37,394 nt of DNA from Saprospiraceae bacterium. Lineage in GTDB: Bacteria > Bacteroidota > Bacteroidia > Chitinophagales > Saprospiraceae. Below, in pieces: positions 16,338-26,400 of the stretch. Every line of letters begins with the position of its first letter. Position 1 is the stretch's first letter. The notes below the pieces were generated by a model that saw only the letters and a program-made list of their open reading frames with translations, was not told the origin of the DNA and searched no databases. Both the position numbers and the translations under genes were made by a program. The stretch is from contig JAHDCG010000054.1 of NCBI GenBank assembly GCA_020629965.1, positions 1 through 37,394 on the forward strand, given 5' to 3'.

Positions 16338-17747
16338 ATGTCAGGAACCTTAATCGTTGCAGGCTTCATTCTTTTTGTAGCCTTTTTACTCGTCCTCTTC
16401 TTCATCAGTCGCTTCAAACGCTGCCCCTCCGACAAAATCTTAGTCGTGTACGGCAAGACCGGCGGCGACTCCTCCGCCAAGTGCTACGCCGGCGGTGCGG
16501 CCTTTGTGTGGCCCGTTATTCAGGACTACCAATACCTCGATTTAACGCCTTTGAGTATCGACGTCAACTTGCAGGATGCGCTTTCCAAGCAAAATATCCG
16601 CGTGTCGGTGCCTTCGCAGTTTACCGTCGGTATCAGCAACAAACCCAACCTCATGCTCGCGGCGGCGGAGCGTCTTTTGGGCTTGCAGCGACAAGACATC
16701 AGCTCGCTTTCGCACGACATTATCATGGGTCAAATGCGCCTCGTGATTGCCAACATGGACATCGAAGAGCTGAACACCGACCGCGATAAATTTGTCGAGT
16801 CCGTCTATCGCAACGTCGGCGACGAGTTGCACAAAATCGGTTTGGAACTGATTAACGTCAACGTCACCGACATTCAGGACGAGTCAGGCTACATCGCCGC
16901 GCTCGGTAAAGAAGCCGCCGCCAAAGCCATTAACGACGCCCGCGTCAAGGTCGCCAAAGAGGTGCGTACCGGTAGCATCGGTGAGGCCGAAGCACAGCAA
17001 GACCAACGGATTAAGGTATCGGACGCCAACTCCCGCGCCGAAATCGGGGAAGCCAAAGCCGATGCCCTCTCCAAGCAAGGTAAAAACGAATCCGCCATCA
17101 ATATCGCCAACTCCGATGCCGAGCGCGACATTGCCATCGCCGAGTCGGAAAGAAAAGCCATGGCAGCACGAAAAGTAGCGGCCGCCAAAGCACTCGAAGA
17201 GGCTTATGTGGCAGAGCAGTCTGCGGAATTGGCGCGGGCAAAAATGGAAGCAGCCCGCAAGCAAGCGGACGAAATCGTCGAAGCAGATATTCAACGCCAA
17301 AAGTTGGTTATTCAGGCGCAGGCAGAGGCGGAGCGCAAGCGCGAAATCGCACGCGGTGAAGCCGACGCGACCTTGGCCCACTTTGCCGCACAGGCAAAGG
17401 GTATGGAAGAACTGCTGAAAAAACAAGCCGAGGGTTTTCAAAAACTCGTCGATGCCGCCGGCGGTGACCCGCAAAGTGCCATCAACTACCTGATGCTCGA
17501 CAAACTGACGGAACTGACGCAAATCCAAACCTCCGCCATCAAAGAACTCGACATCGACAAAGTAGTCGTCTATGACAGCGGCAACGGTCAGGGCGTCGGC
17601 AATTTTGTCAAAGGTCTGTACGGTATGATGCCCCAACTCAATGACTTTTTGAGTCAAAGCGGAATGACTTTGCCGCAGGCACTGGTACAAAATAAAGAGG
17701 TCGAAACGGCAAAAGTCGTGGTGACGGAGAAGCCGAAGGAGAAGTAA
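16338..17747 (+). CDS. Flotillin-like SPFH/band-7 protein (FloT/YuaG type)
   Basis: N-terminal TM anchor, an SPFH domain, and a long Ala/Glu/Lys-rich coiled-coil 'flotillin' region (EA repeats). It pairs with the NfeD gene upstream. Confidence 0.85.
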   Translation: MSGTLIVAGFILFVAFLLVLFFISRFKRCPSDKILVVYGKTGGDSSAKCYAGGAAFVWPVIQDYQYLDLTPLSIDVNLQDALSKQNIRVSVPSQFTVGISNKPNLMLAAAERLLGLQRQDISSLSHDIIMGQMRLVIANMDIEELNTDRDKFVESVYRNVGDELHKIGLELINVNVTDIQDESGYIAALGKEAAAKAINDARVKVAKEVRTGSIGEAEAQQDQRIKVSDANSRAEIGEAKADALSKQGKNESAINIANSDAERDIAIAESERKAMAARKVAAAKALEEAYVAEQSAELARAKMEAARKQADEIVEADIQRQKLVIQAQAEAERKREIARGEADATLAHFAAQAKGMEELLKKQAEGFQKLVDAAGGDPQSAINYLMLDKLTELTQIQTSAIKELDIDKVVVYDSGNGQGVGNFVKGLYGMMPQLNDFLSQSGMTLPQALVQNKEVETAKVVVTEKPKEK

Positions 17748-17768
17748 ACTTTGGTGTTTCTAAATAAG

Positions 17769-17806
17769 CAAAGCCGCTTCGGAGTCACACCCGAAGCGGC
17801 TTTTTA
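17769..17806 (+). terminator. Rho-independent terminator of the nfeD-flotillin operon
   Basis: aagccgcttcgg-agtcacac-ccgaagcggctt followed by ttttt. Confidence 0.7.
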
Positions 17807-17912
17807 GTGTCGAGTGTCGGATACTTAAATTTCGACAAAAACTCCGGTTTCGGTTTTACCACAGAAATCAAGCAAAAACAAGTATCCGACACTTGTAACC
17901 AAAAAGAAACGA

Positions 17913-19925
17913 CTACTCCTTCTCCTTCACCCCCACCGAAAAATAATCCCCTTTTCGATGATAAGTCACCTTCATATTCCCTTGTTTTTTTCTGCCGCGC
18001 GCGTCGATGTAGTAAACGTTGCGCAGATTAAACAGCGGTAAAATTTTGGAGTCTTCCGGTGTAAACTCCACGGGTTTGAAGTACATTTTCTTGCGACTCA
18101 TCACCACTTCGGCAACTTTGTAGGGCTTGCCGCCGCGCTTGACCATCCAGTTATCGGCGGTAGCGTCGGCGTACCAGCGCAGCGGCGTCGGGTCGCGCCC
18201 GATAGAGACGCCGTTGCGCTCCAACAGATTGTTGATGTAGCCGACCATAAACTGAGCGCGACGGTCGTCGGTGGCAAAAAGTCCGATGTCTTCGATGTCG
18301 GACGAAGGACGGTGCCTGACTTGATTAAAGCGCAGACCCTGCGAGCGATTTTCGGGAATGTTAAAGTCAAAACCGGATTTCTTTTCAAAAGCAAATTCTT
18401 CGACTCCGATATTGCGCTCGGCGCGGCGCAGCAGCGTATCGGCTTCGGTGCGTGTGCAGTTGACGGGCAGCCCGCGCTGCGGCTCGATGTACATCTGCCC
18501 TTCGTTCCATTTGACCACGCGCAGCGAGTATTTGAAAGGCTGCCTGACCGAATATTCTTCTTCCGTTTCGCGGTTGGTGTAGGTCAGCACGCGCTCGCCC
18601 TGCGTCGGATTGACGATGTTGTATTTGTAGTCGATTTTACCGCCGCCGTCCAAGGTCCGAAAAGTCACCCAACTGCCGTACAAATCGTTTTGATTAAACT
18701 CCTTGAGCAGCGAAACTTTCTCCTTCTTTTCCCCTTTTTTCTCCGCTTCTTTGGTCTTTTTTACCGATGCCGCAAATTGTCGTTTGCGCTCGTCTTCTTC
18801 CAATTTATTCAACACTTTTTCCCACTTATCCGCATCGTAAGCCGCGACGGCGGGGTCGCTTGCCGCCGCTTCATTTCCCGTAAACATCCACGCAAATAAC
18901 GCTAAGACAAAGACGCAGGTACTGCCGATGAGGTAAGGTTTGAAGTTGAAATCCCGCTCTTTTTGCAACGTACCCTGCGGAGTCGGCGCGCCTGTCAGTC
19001 GCGTGCTTTTACCTGCTGAAGCAGTCGGAGCCGCCGTCACGACGGGCGCGGCTACCGGACGCGGCAGAGGTCGCATGGCCGCCGGCGGACGGTAGTTATT
19101 GCCGATTTTTTTCCGAAACAACTCGATAAATTTAGCGGCATTCGGCGGGTTCAGAATCATCTTGTCCGTCTGTGCGGCGAGCAGCAAAATGTGCAAGTCT
19201 TCATCGGAAAAATGCTGAAAACGGGTCGCTCGTCCGCGCTCGACGGCTTGCGTCAGCAGTTTATTATGCAGATGCCGCGCAAATTCTTCCGTCGGCTTCG
19301 CAAAAACGGGCGGCAAATGTTTGAGCATCCGACTGACCTGAATATTGACGTACCTTCTGATGTCGGGCAGCAGAGTAAATCCGCCGGCTGTGGTAAAAAC
19401 TTGGTCGGTCAGCTTGTCGAATGAGTCCGCAAATTTTTGTAAAAAAGCAATCGAGTCCGCGTAAAGTATTTGTTCGGTTGCCGGGTCGATAGGAATATCC
19501 ACGAGTTTTATTGCCGCCAGTTTGTATAAGTTTTCGTGCGTCGGTGCGGCTACCGTACTGTTAATAATGTGCGCTTTGGCTTGTACGAAAAGCGGTTGGA
19601 TTTTGGTTTTGAATTGCGGGTCGGCTAACAGAGCCGCCGTGCGTTTGTCTTCCAAAAAGCGAAAATCGCCGCGTTCCAAAAAATTTAACAGCGGACGCGA
19701 TTTGTGCAATTTGAGATAAAAAGGCAAATCGCTGCGTAGGCTGTTGAAAGCATTTTTGACTTCGGCAACCGAAAAAAAGACATTGCCGCGTCGGTAGGCA
19801 ATTCCGTTACCGAACAAAATTTCACGGAGGATTTCGTATTCGCGGGCGTCGAGTTCGGCGGCGGTGAGTGTTTCGAGATTGGGATACCGACCGATAATAA
19901 GGTGAACGGGAGACTTAAAATTCAT
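17913..19925 (-). CDS. Hypothetical 670-aa single-pass membrane protein (cytoplasmic N-domain, Pro/Ala-rich linker, TM helix IGSTCVFVLALFAWMF, ~330-aa extracytoplasmic C-domain)
   Basis: Long ORF with coding-like composition. Topology inferred from the single hydrophobic segment. No recognisable catalytic motif. Confidence 0.65.
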   Translation of the reverse strand: MNFKSPVHLIIGRYPNLETLTAAELDAREYEILREILFGNGIAYRRGNVFFSVAEVKNAFNSLRSDLPFYLKLHKSRPLLNFLERGDFRFLEDKRTAALLADPQFKTKIQPLFVQAKAHIINSTVAAPTHENLYKLAAIKLVDIPIDPATEQILYADSIAFLQKFADSFDKLTDQVFTTAGGFTLLPDIRRYVNIQVSRMLKHLPPVFAKPTEEFARHLHNKLLTQAVERGRATRFQHFSDEDLHILLLAAQTDKMILNPPNAAKFIELFRKKIGNNYRPPAAMRPLPRPVAAPVVTAAPTASAGKSTRLTGAPTPQGTLQKERDFNFKPYLIGSTCVFVLALFAWMFTGNEAAASDPAVAAYDADKWEKVLNKLEEDERKRQFAASVKKTKEAEKKGEKKEKVSLLKEFNQNDLYGSWVTFRTLDGGGKIDYKYNIVNPTQGERVLTYTNRETEEEYSVRQPFKYSLRVVKWNEGQMYIEPQRGLPVNCTRTEADTLLRRAERNIGVEEFAFEKKSGFDFNIPENRSQGLRFNQVRHRPSSDIEDIGLFATDDRRAQFMVGYINNLLERNGVSIGRDPTPLRWYADATADNWMVKRGGKPYKVAEVVMSRKKMYFKPVEFTPEDSKILPLFNLRNVYYIDARGRKKQGNMKVTYHRKGDYFSVGVKEKE

Positions 19926-20148
19926 GTTGAGCGGCGGAGTTTACGATTTGATGAAAGCGAAGGGGCAAATTTAGAGAGAAGTCGGAAAAAATTCGGTATC
20001 CGTGACCGTTTAATTTATTTTATTCGCTCTCGCAAACCGCTTAAAATCCCGGAAAAGGAATGCTCTTAGTCTCGGCTCGCAGATGAATACGATGTGCGCT
20101 TTACGGTAACTTTGCGATGGGAGGGTTATTTATTTTTTGAGTTCCGAG

Positions 20149-20186
20149 CAAAAAAAATGACCGAAAAATCAAATTTCTCGGTCATT
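20149..20186 (-). terminator. Hairpin (atgaccga...tcggtcat) with an 8-T run on the minus strand; likely terminator of the giant surface-protein gene
   Basis: 8-bp stem and 13-nt loop. On the minus strand the hairpin is followed by TTTTTTTTGCTC. Confidence 0.5.
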
Positions 20187-20409
20187 TTAGTTTTAACTCT
20201 TCCTGATTGCGTGTGATTTGCAGACCTGCGTAAAAACCGATACCGCATTCATACGGGTGACGGGACAAGTCCTTTTAAATCAAGCTCATACACATCCTAA
20301 AAAGCTCTGTGGATTTGTAAGCACATAGGTTGTACAAATTTGCAAGCGGACGCGATTACAAAAGAGTCTGAATTTTCAATCGACACAAAATCGCACAAAA
20401 AATATCACA

Positions 20410-23400
20410 CTACGGAGAACACAACGGGGTCGGACACGTAACCGTTATGAGGTATTCCTCCGTTTCACCGTCGGCGGCACAATCTCCGTTACCGCAGGGG
20501 CTCGTCGTACCGGCGTCGTCGGTGCTGACCCGCATTCGCAAAGCTAAGCCTTGATTTTTCTGCGCAGTCGTCGGCACCGTTACCGCTTGGTAAATGGTAA
20601 ATGTACCGTTATTGTCGGCGGCGGAAAAGACCTCGTCGGCAACCTGTTCGTCGGCGTCGTCAAAATCACCGTCACCGTTCCAATCTATCCACATCCGAAA
20701 ATAGGCGTCATCTCCCGAGGCATTGTAAATGACTACGGGCAGACGCAGATTTCCGCCGGCGACTATTCTTACGTTTTCGCCCAAAAGCAGCCCGTCGTCT
20801 GCATCGGAGTCCACGTTATCGCTTGCCCCGGGGTCGGCGGTTACTTCATTGCCGAAGTAAATATCGCTGTCGATAAAGTGACACGGTGCGGAGGGACAGG
20901 CGGCGTCGCAGCAATCGGGAAAGTCACGTTGTCGATAAAAGCCGAAATCTACGGTTAAATTACTGAACTCGTCGGCGGCGGCGGTACCGGTAGTGCTGCC
21001 CGCCGCATAGCTGCCGGGGGCTGTTTCGCCGGTCGGTTCCGTACCGCTCAAAGTAATGACTCCGGAGCGCACGGCTCCGTTGAAGGGAGTATCCAAGCCG
21101 TTATCGTTTAGGTCGCCGTTTGCGTTAGGATTACTTTCCTGCGCCGCGCCGTCGGTAGAAGAAAAGTGTTGTAAAGTACCGGATGCGGCAAAATTTGCGG
21201 CAGTAATTTCCACGATATAATCGCCTTCCGGCAAGTCGTCGAAACGATAATAACCGCCGTTGCCGGTAATCACCGTCAAAGGCTGTATGCCCGGAGTGTC
21301 GGGGTCGCTGTCGTAGGCAGAGCCGTCGGCATTCAACAGCAACAGCTCGATGCCGTCGATACCGGTTTCCGTGCCGTTTTGAGTGCCGTTTCGGTCAGAG
21401 TCATTAAAGACGCGATTTCCGAGCGAGTACACGGTAACGGCACAGTCGAGTGCCGGCGTCGTAATCGTCTCATCCGTAAAGCAGCCGTCCTCTCCGTTCC
21501 AGATGCGTACCGTGTATTCGGTGTCGTGCATCAAGCCGGTTAAAGTGCTGCTGCCCCCGCTGACATCCGTGTTGGAAGCGTCACCGTAGGCGGGACCGGT
21601 GTAGGTGCTGCCGGGGGAGGCGTTCGCTTGGTCGCCGTCGGTTACCTGTATGAGAGAAAGGGTCGCGTCGTCGTTCGGTGTATCGCCGGTGCAGCTGCCT
21701 TCTGCGGCGGCTAAATTTGCCGTCGGCGAAATACAATCCGTACAAGTCACTCCCAAATCGTATTTATGGTCACCGCAGCCCGTCTCTGCCGTAGTCATTG
21801 CGATAAACGGCAGACCGTCGGGGCGGTTGCCCAAACTGCCGCTTGTCAAAGTACTCGGATCGACATCGGAGTCGATTTTGTCATTATCGCCCGCGTCGAA
21901 GTCGGCGGTAATGCCGTAGTCGTTGCCGCCGAAAGTAAATTCACCGCCGGAAAATTGACCGTCACCGAAGACAATAAAATAATCGGTTTCGGCGGTCAGG
22001 CCCGTGTAGCTGCCCGAAGTCGCACTGCCGTCGGGATTAACTCCGTTGACATCGACGTTGGTTTCGTTAAAAGCATACTGTCCGCCGGCGGTCGTTGCGG
22101 TCAGACCGACGAGGGTGCCGGCTGCGTCGTAAAGCTGCACGGTCAGTCCGTCGATACCGCGCTCGCAGGCATCCTGAATGCCGTTTTGCAGGGAGTCGCA
22201 CCAGACGTAGTTGCCGATTTCGAGGGGGGCGGCGTCGCACATAACTTCCGTATCACCGATACCCGCCGCTTTGGCGAAAGTTTGCGTATCGCCGTTTTCG
22301 TATAACTCATAGGAGCGGGTCCGATTTCCGTCTTGAGTGCTGAGCCAAATTACACCGCCGGCGTTGACATTGTCATTATCTACTCTCAAGCCCGGATCAA
22401 AAGCGGACATAAAAACCTCTCCCTTTCCTTTTACCAATCCTACTTGTCCCAAAGTAATTTCCGAGTGCAGTGAGAAAGGATGGGTAGGAGAATAATTGTC
22501 TTCCCCGAAAAATTCTCCGCCTCCGATACCTTCGTTATTTCCGATACCGACGGCAGAGGAGCGATTGCCGACGCTGCCGTTGTTTTCGACTGTCCAAGTG
22601 CCGTTACCGTTGTCGGCAAAAATCACCACATCTCCCGCATTCACTCCGTCAAAATTACCCGAAATACAACTGTTGTTTGCAGAACTGTACTGAACACCCG
22701 TCTGATCTCCGAAACGATCGGCGATGCCGAGGATTAAAAATTGTTCTTCATCAAACTCAATGTCCCAGGCCCAAGGTTGCGGATAAAAAGCCAAGTCGTC
22801 TCCGTTGTCACAAAGAAAGGTTTCGGTATTTATCCATGGGTTCCATGTGCCCGGTGAGCTTCTGCCGGCTGAATTGGACGGTCGTGTATAATTCAAATCC
22901 GCCTCGGCAACTTTTGTATGAATGCCGTTTTCAAATTTATACACATAAGCAGCCAGATAGTCTTCGGGGTTACCCGCTGCTGTACCGATATTTTCGGCGG
23001 TGCAGGTCAGCGTGTAGTAAAGTACACCTTTTTCAATTGCCAAACCGCCGGGGCGTAAATTGTAATCAAGCTCGCCCGCCGGAGTATCGGGGTGCTGCGG
23101 ACAATCTGCCGGCACCGCAAAATCATGGGTTTGAAAATTTTGTGAAGCAATATCTATTTCGTACAGTTTGCGGTCGAAAAGATTAACCGCCCACAGCGTC
23201 TGTCCGTCTTCCGAAACTTCAACATCCGCTAAGCCTGTTTTTCCGACAAAATCCCACACGTCGTCGTGCTCTTGATTTAAATCGGCGTATTGGTGAACAT
23301 CGTTACCGGCGGGTAATTCCGTAAAAGTGTTTACTGCTCCGCTGTTGACATCTATGCTGAAAATTCTGCCCGGAGCAGCATTATCCGTAGCGTTACCGTA

Positions 23401-26400
23401 ACCGACAAATGATTTGAAATAGGCTGCGGCATAGATTGTTTCGTTATCACGTCGATATGCCAAGCCCTTGACAGGACCTACCTCGGTGTCTAAAGCCAAA
23501 GAAGTATAGGCAGGCATATTCAAATTGCCGCCCGACGAATTATCCTGTGAAACATCGGTCACTCCCGACTCATAGGGGAAACTGACGACGGAAGAAAGAC
23601 CGTCGCTCTGGGTGCCGCTCGTAAAGCAGGTAGTCACAATCATCGGATTCTCCTGACAATAATCAGCCGAACTGCTGACACTAAACTCGGTACAAGCCGG
23701 GGCGGTAACGAACTGCACATCCGAGCCGTTGTCCGTGCCGAGGTGAGTCGGCTGCGCCCAACAGGCTACGGACTCGGGCAGTACGAACTCTACCCGGTAG
23801 GCTTCCGTATCGTTCAAACCGCAAACCTGCCAATTGCCCTGCCCGTCGGAGTAGGTCGAACCGACTAAAGTATTTTCACAATCATAAATCAAAGCCTGTA
23901 CTCCCGTTACGCCGGGTTCGTTGGGGTCATCCGCACCGTTGCAGTTAAAATCTTCAAAGACATTACCGCCGATACAGCCGGATTGAGCCGTACAGTCTCC
24001 GACGGGGTCGGGGCAGGGGGTAGGGGTTTTGAGGCTGCGGCTTTCGGAGCAACCGCCCTCGGCAGTATAAGCGGCGGTAAAATTTTGCCGGCCGGTACCG
24101 TCGGCAGAGGCAGAGGTCGTAAACAAGGCGGGGCTGCTGTCTGTCGCAGTATCTATGGTACCGATAACCGCGCCGTTATGAGTGACCTCGATGGTTTCCG
24201 CACCGCCACAGAGCGCGACCTCCCAAGAGACGGTCACGTCATAATCTGCGGTAAAGTTATTACTCCCGCCGTCGGTACAATCGGTTTGCGCGACTTCCAA
24301 AGCAAGCGAAGCCACTCTGACGTTGAAAGTAATATCGACGGAGCCGCATTGGGTATTGGAGCCGGACTTGGTAAAAGTACCGCAGGCATTCGGGCCCGTG
24401 ACGGTGATGCTTTGATCGCAATCATCGTAAGTAAAGCCGGTATTGGCGGGGTCTTCTTCCCACATTTGCGCGCAGACGATGCCTTCACAGGAAAAAATTT
24501 CGTTTAGGAACAATTTTTGCCCGACGCCTGCCTCGCACAGAAGAGTATCCGTTACTATAGGTGAGTCGGTCGGGCAACATTCGGTACTAACGGCAATGCC
24601 CTTCGCGGAAGAAGAGGTGCCGGTAGTCGGAACAGCGGCTCCTAAATAATTCAAATCGGTATCGAAGAGAGATACGCAATCATCGGTAGCTGATTGAGTA
24701 GAAACATACAGAAAACCGGACATTTGACTGTATTCGATACCGATAGCTCTGTGCCATCCGCCGTCACCACCGGTCATATCCCAGGCTGTTTGAGCAACCA
24801 ATGCTCCGGTATTATCATATTTTAAGATTTTGCCGTTGCCGCTTGCATACACGCCCGCATTGATAACAACGTAGATATTGCCGTCATTATCTCCTTGCAC
24901 ACCGGCTATATAAAAGCGCGGCAAGCAAGTCATCCCGATGGTAATATCCGTAGTCGGGCAGACGGTCAAAAATTCGTCTATCGTGTTTCCGTCCGTCATT
25001 TCAGATAAATTCCAGCGGTATAAAATACTACCTGTGGTACTTCCGAATGCTTCCGTTGCATAAAAGGTTTCGGTTATTTTGTTGAAACTGAAACCCCAAT
25101 CCTGCCCCGCTGCTCCCGAAGAATTTTCAAAGGTTATGCTGCCCTCCGAATTACCCGTACACAGGTCGTAAAATTCAAGTTGTTGGTTGTACCAATCGTT
25201 GGCAAAAAGAATATTGCCTACCGACTCTAAATTAGTGGGTGCTCTTTGTATGTTGAATTCCGCCGCCGGAACAATTTCTCCCGCACAATTCAGTTTTCTG
25301 ATGCGACCGTTTGGTTGAAGTCCCTCTCCGATATAAAGATTTCCGTTTAAATCCATACCCAACCCGTGGGGCGAAGGCAACTGTGAAGTACCGCTGCCCG
25401 GATACCAGGCATTTCCGTTTACTAATATTTCAGACACACTTCCGTCGGCAGGGTTTATCTCGTATTTGTGTACTTTACCGCCGTCGGTCGTTTCGTTGAG
25501 GTACATATAATCAATGCAATTACAAGATACGGGCGGCGGCGGATTCTGAGTTTGGCGAAAGCCGAAGTCATAAGAATGATTATTTTCCCCCGCATCACCG
25601 AGCAGAAACGCAGCTTCGGCGGTATCGCCGGTTTTCATGCCGTCGGAGTCGCGCAGGTCGCCGTTTGTCGAAGAGTCGGCATCGTTGCTCGTAATAAACA
25701 GACCCGACAAATTTGCCTGCTGTGAGCCGCCTTCGGCATCCGGGATGCGCACTTTGTAATTTTCGGCGGCAGCCAAGCCGAGATTATAAATAAAGGCGGC
25801 GGTAGAAGTGCCGACGGCGGTTGAGAAAATGTAATTTCCCTCGGCATCAGTTACGGCGGTAGCGAGGACATTATCGGCGGCATCGGTCAATTCTACGTTT
25901 ACCCCGGCAATGCCGCTTTCGTCGGCATCCTGAATACCGTCGCCGTCGTCGTCGCTCCATACGCGATTACCGATTTCTACGGGGGCGGGGGCACAAAGCA
26001 ATTCTACATCACCGAGCCCCAAAGCTTTATTTAGGGTTGCGCCGCCGTTACTACCGTCAAAAATCAGATAGCCGTCGTCTTTCCAACCGTCGGTGTTGTT
26101 TAACCAAACTATGCCTCCCGAAGTATTTGAAAGAGGATTCATAGAGCTGGAAATGACATTATTCGACCCGGCAAGCAAAGCGATTGCTCCCTGAGTATTT
26201 TCTTTATGAGAACCGCTGTTTTCCAGTTCGTCTCCGCTGTAATATTCCTGCCCGTTAATACCGCGACCGTCGTTAGAGGCATCGGGATGCAGAGGGGTAA
26301 CACAGCCTCCGGTTCCTTCTAAAAAATAGGTGTCGTCAATCTTACATACGCGAATAACATCTCCGCCGATTTCCCCGGAATACAACGTATTGTCCGCAGG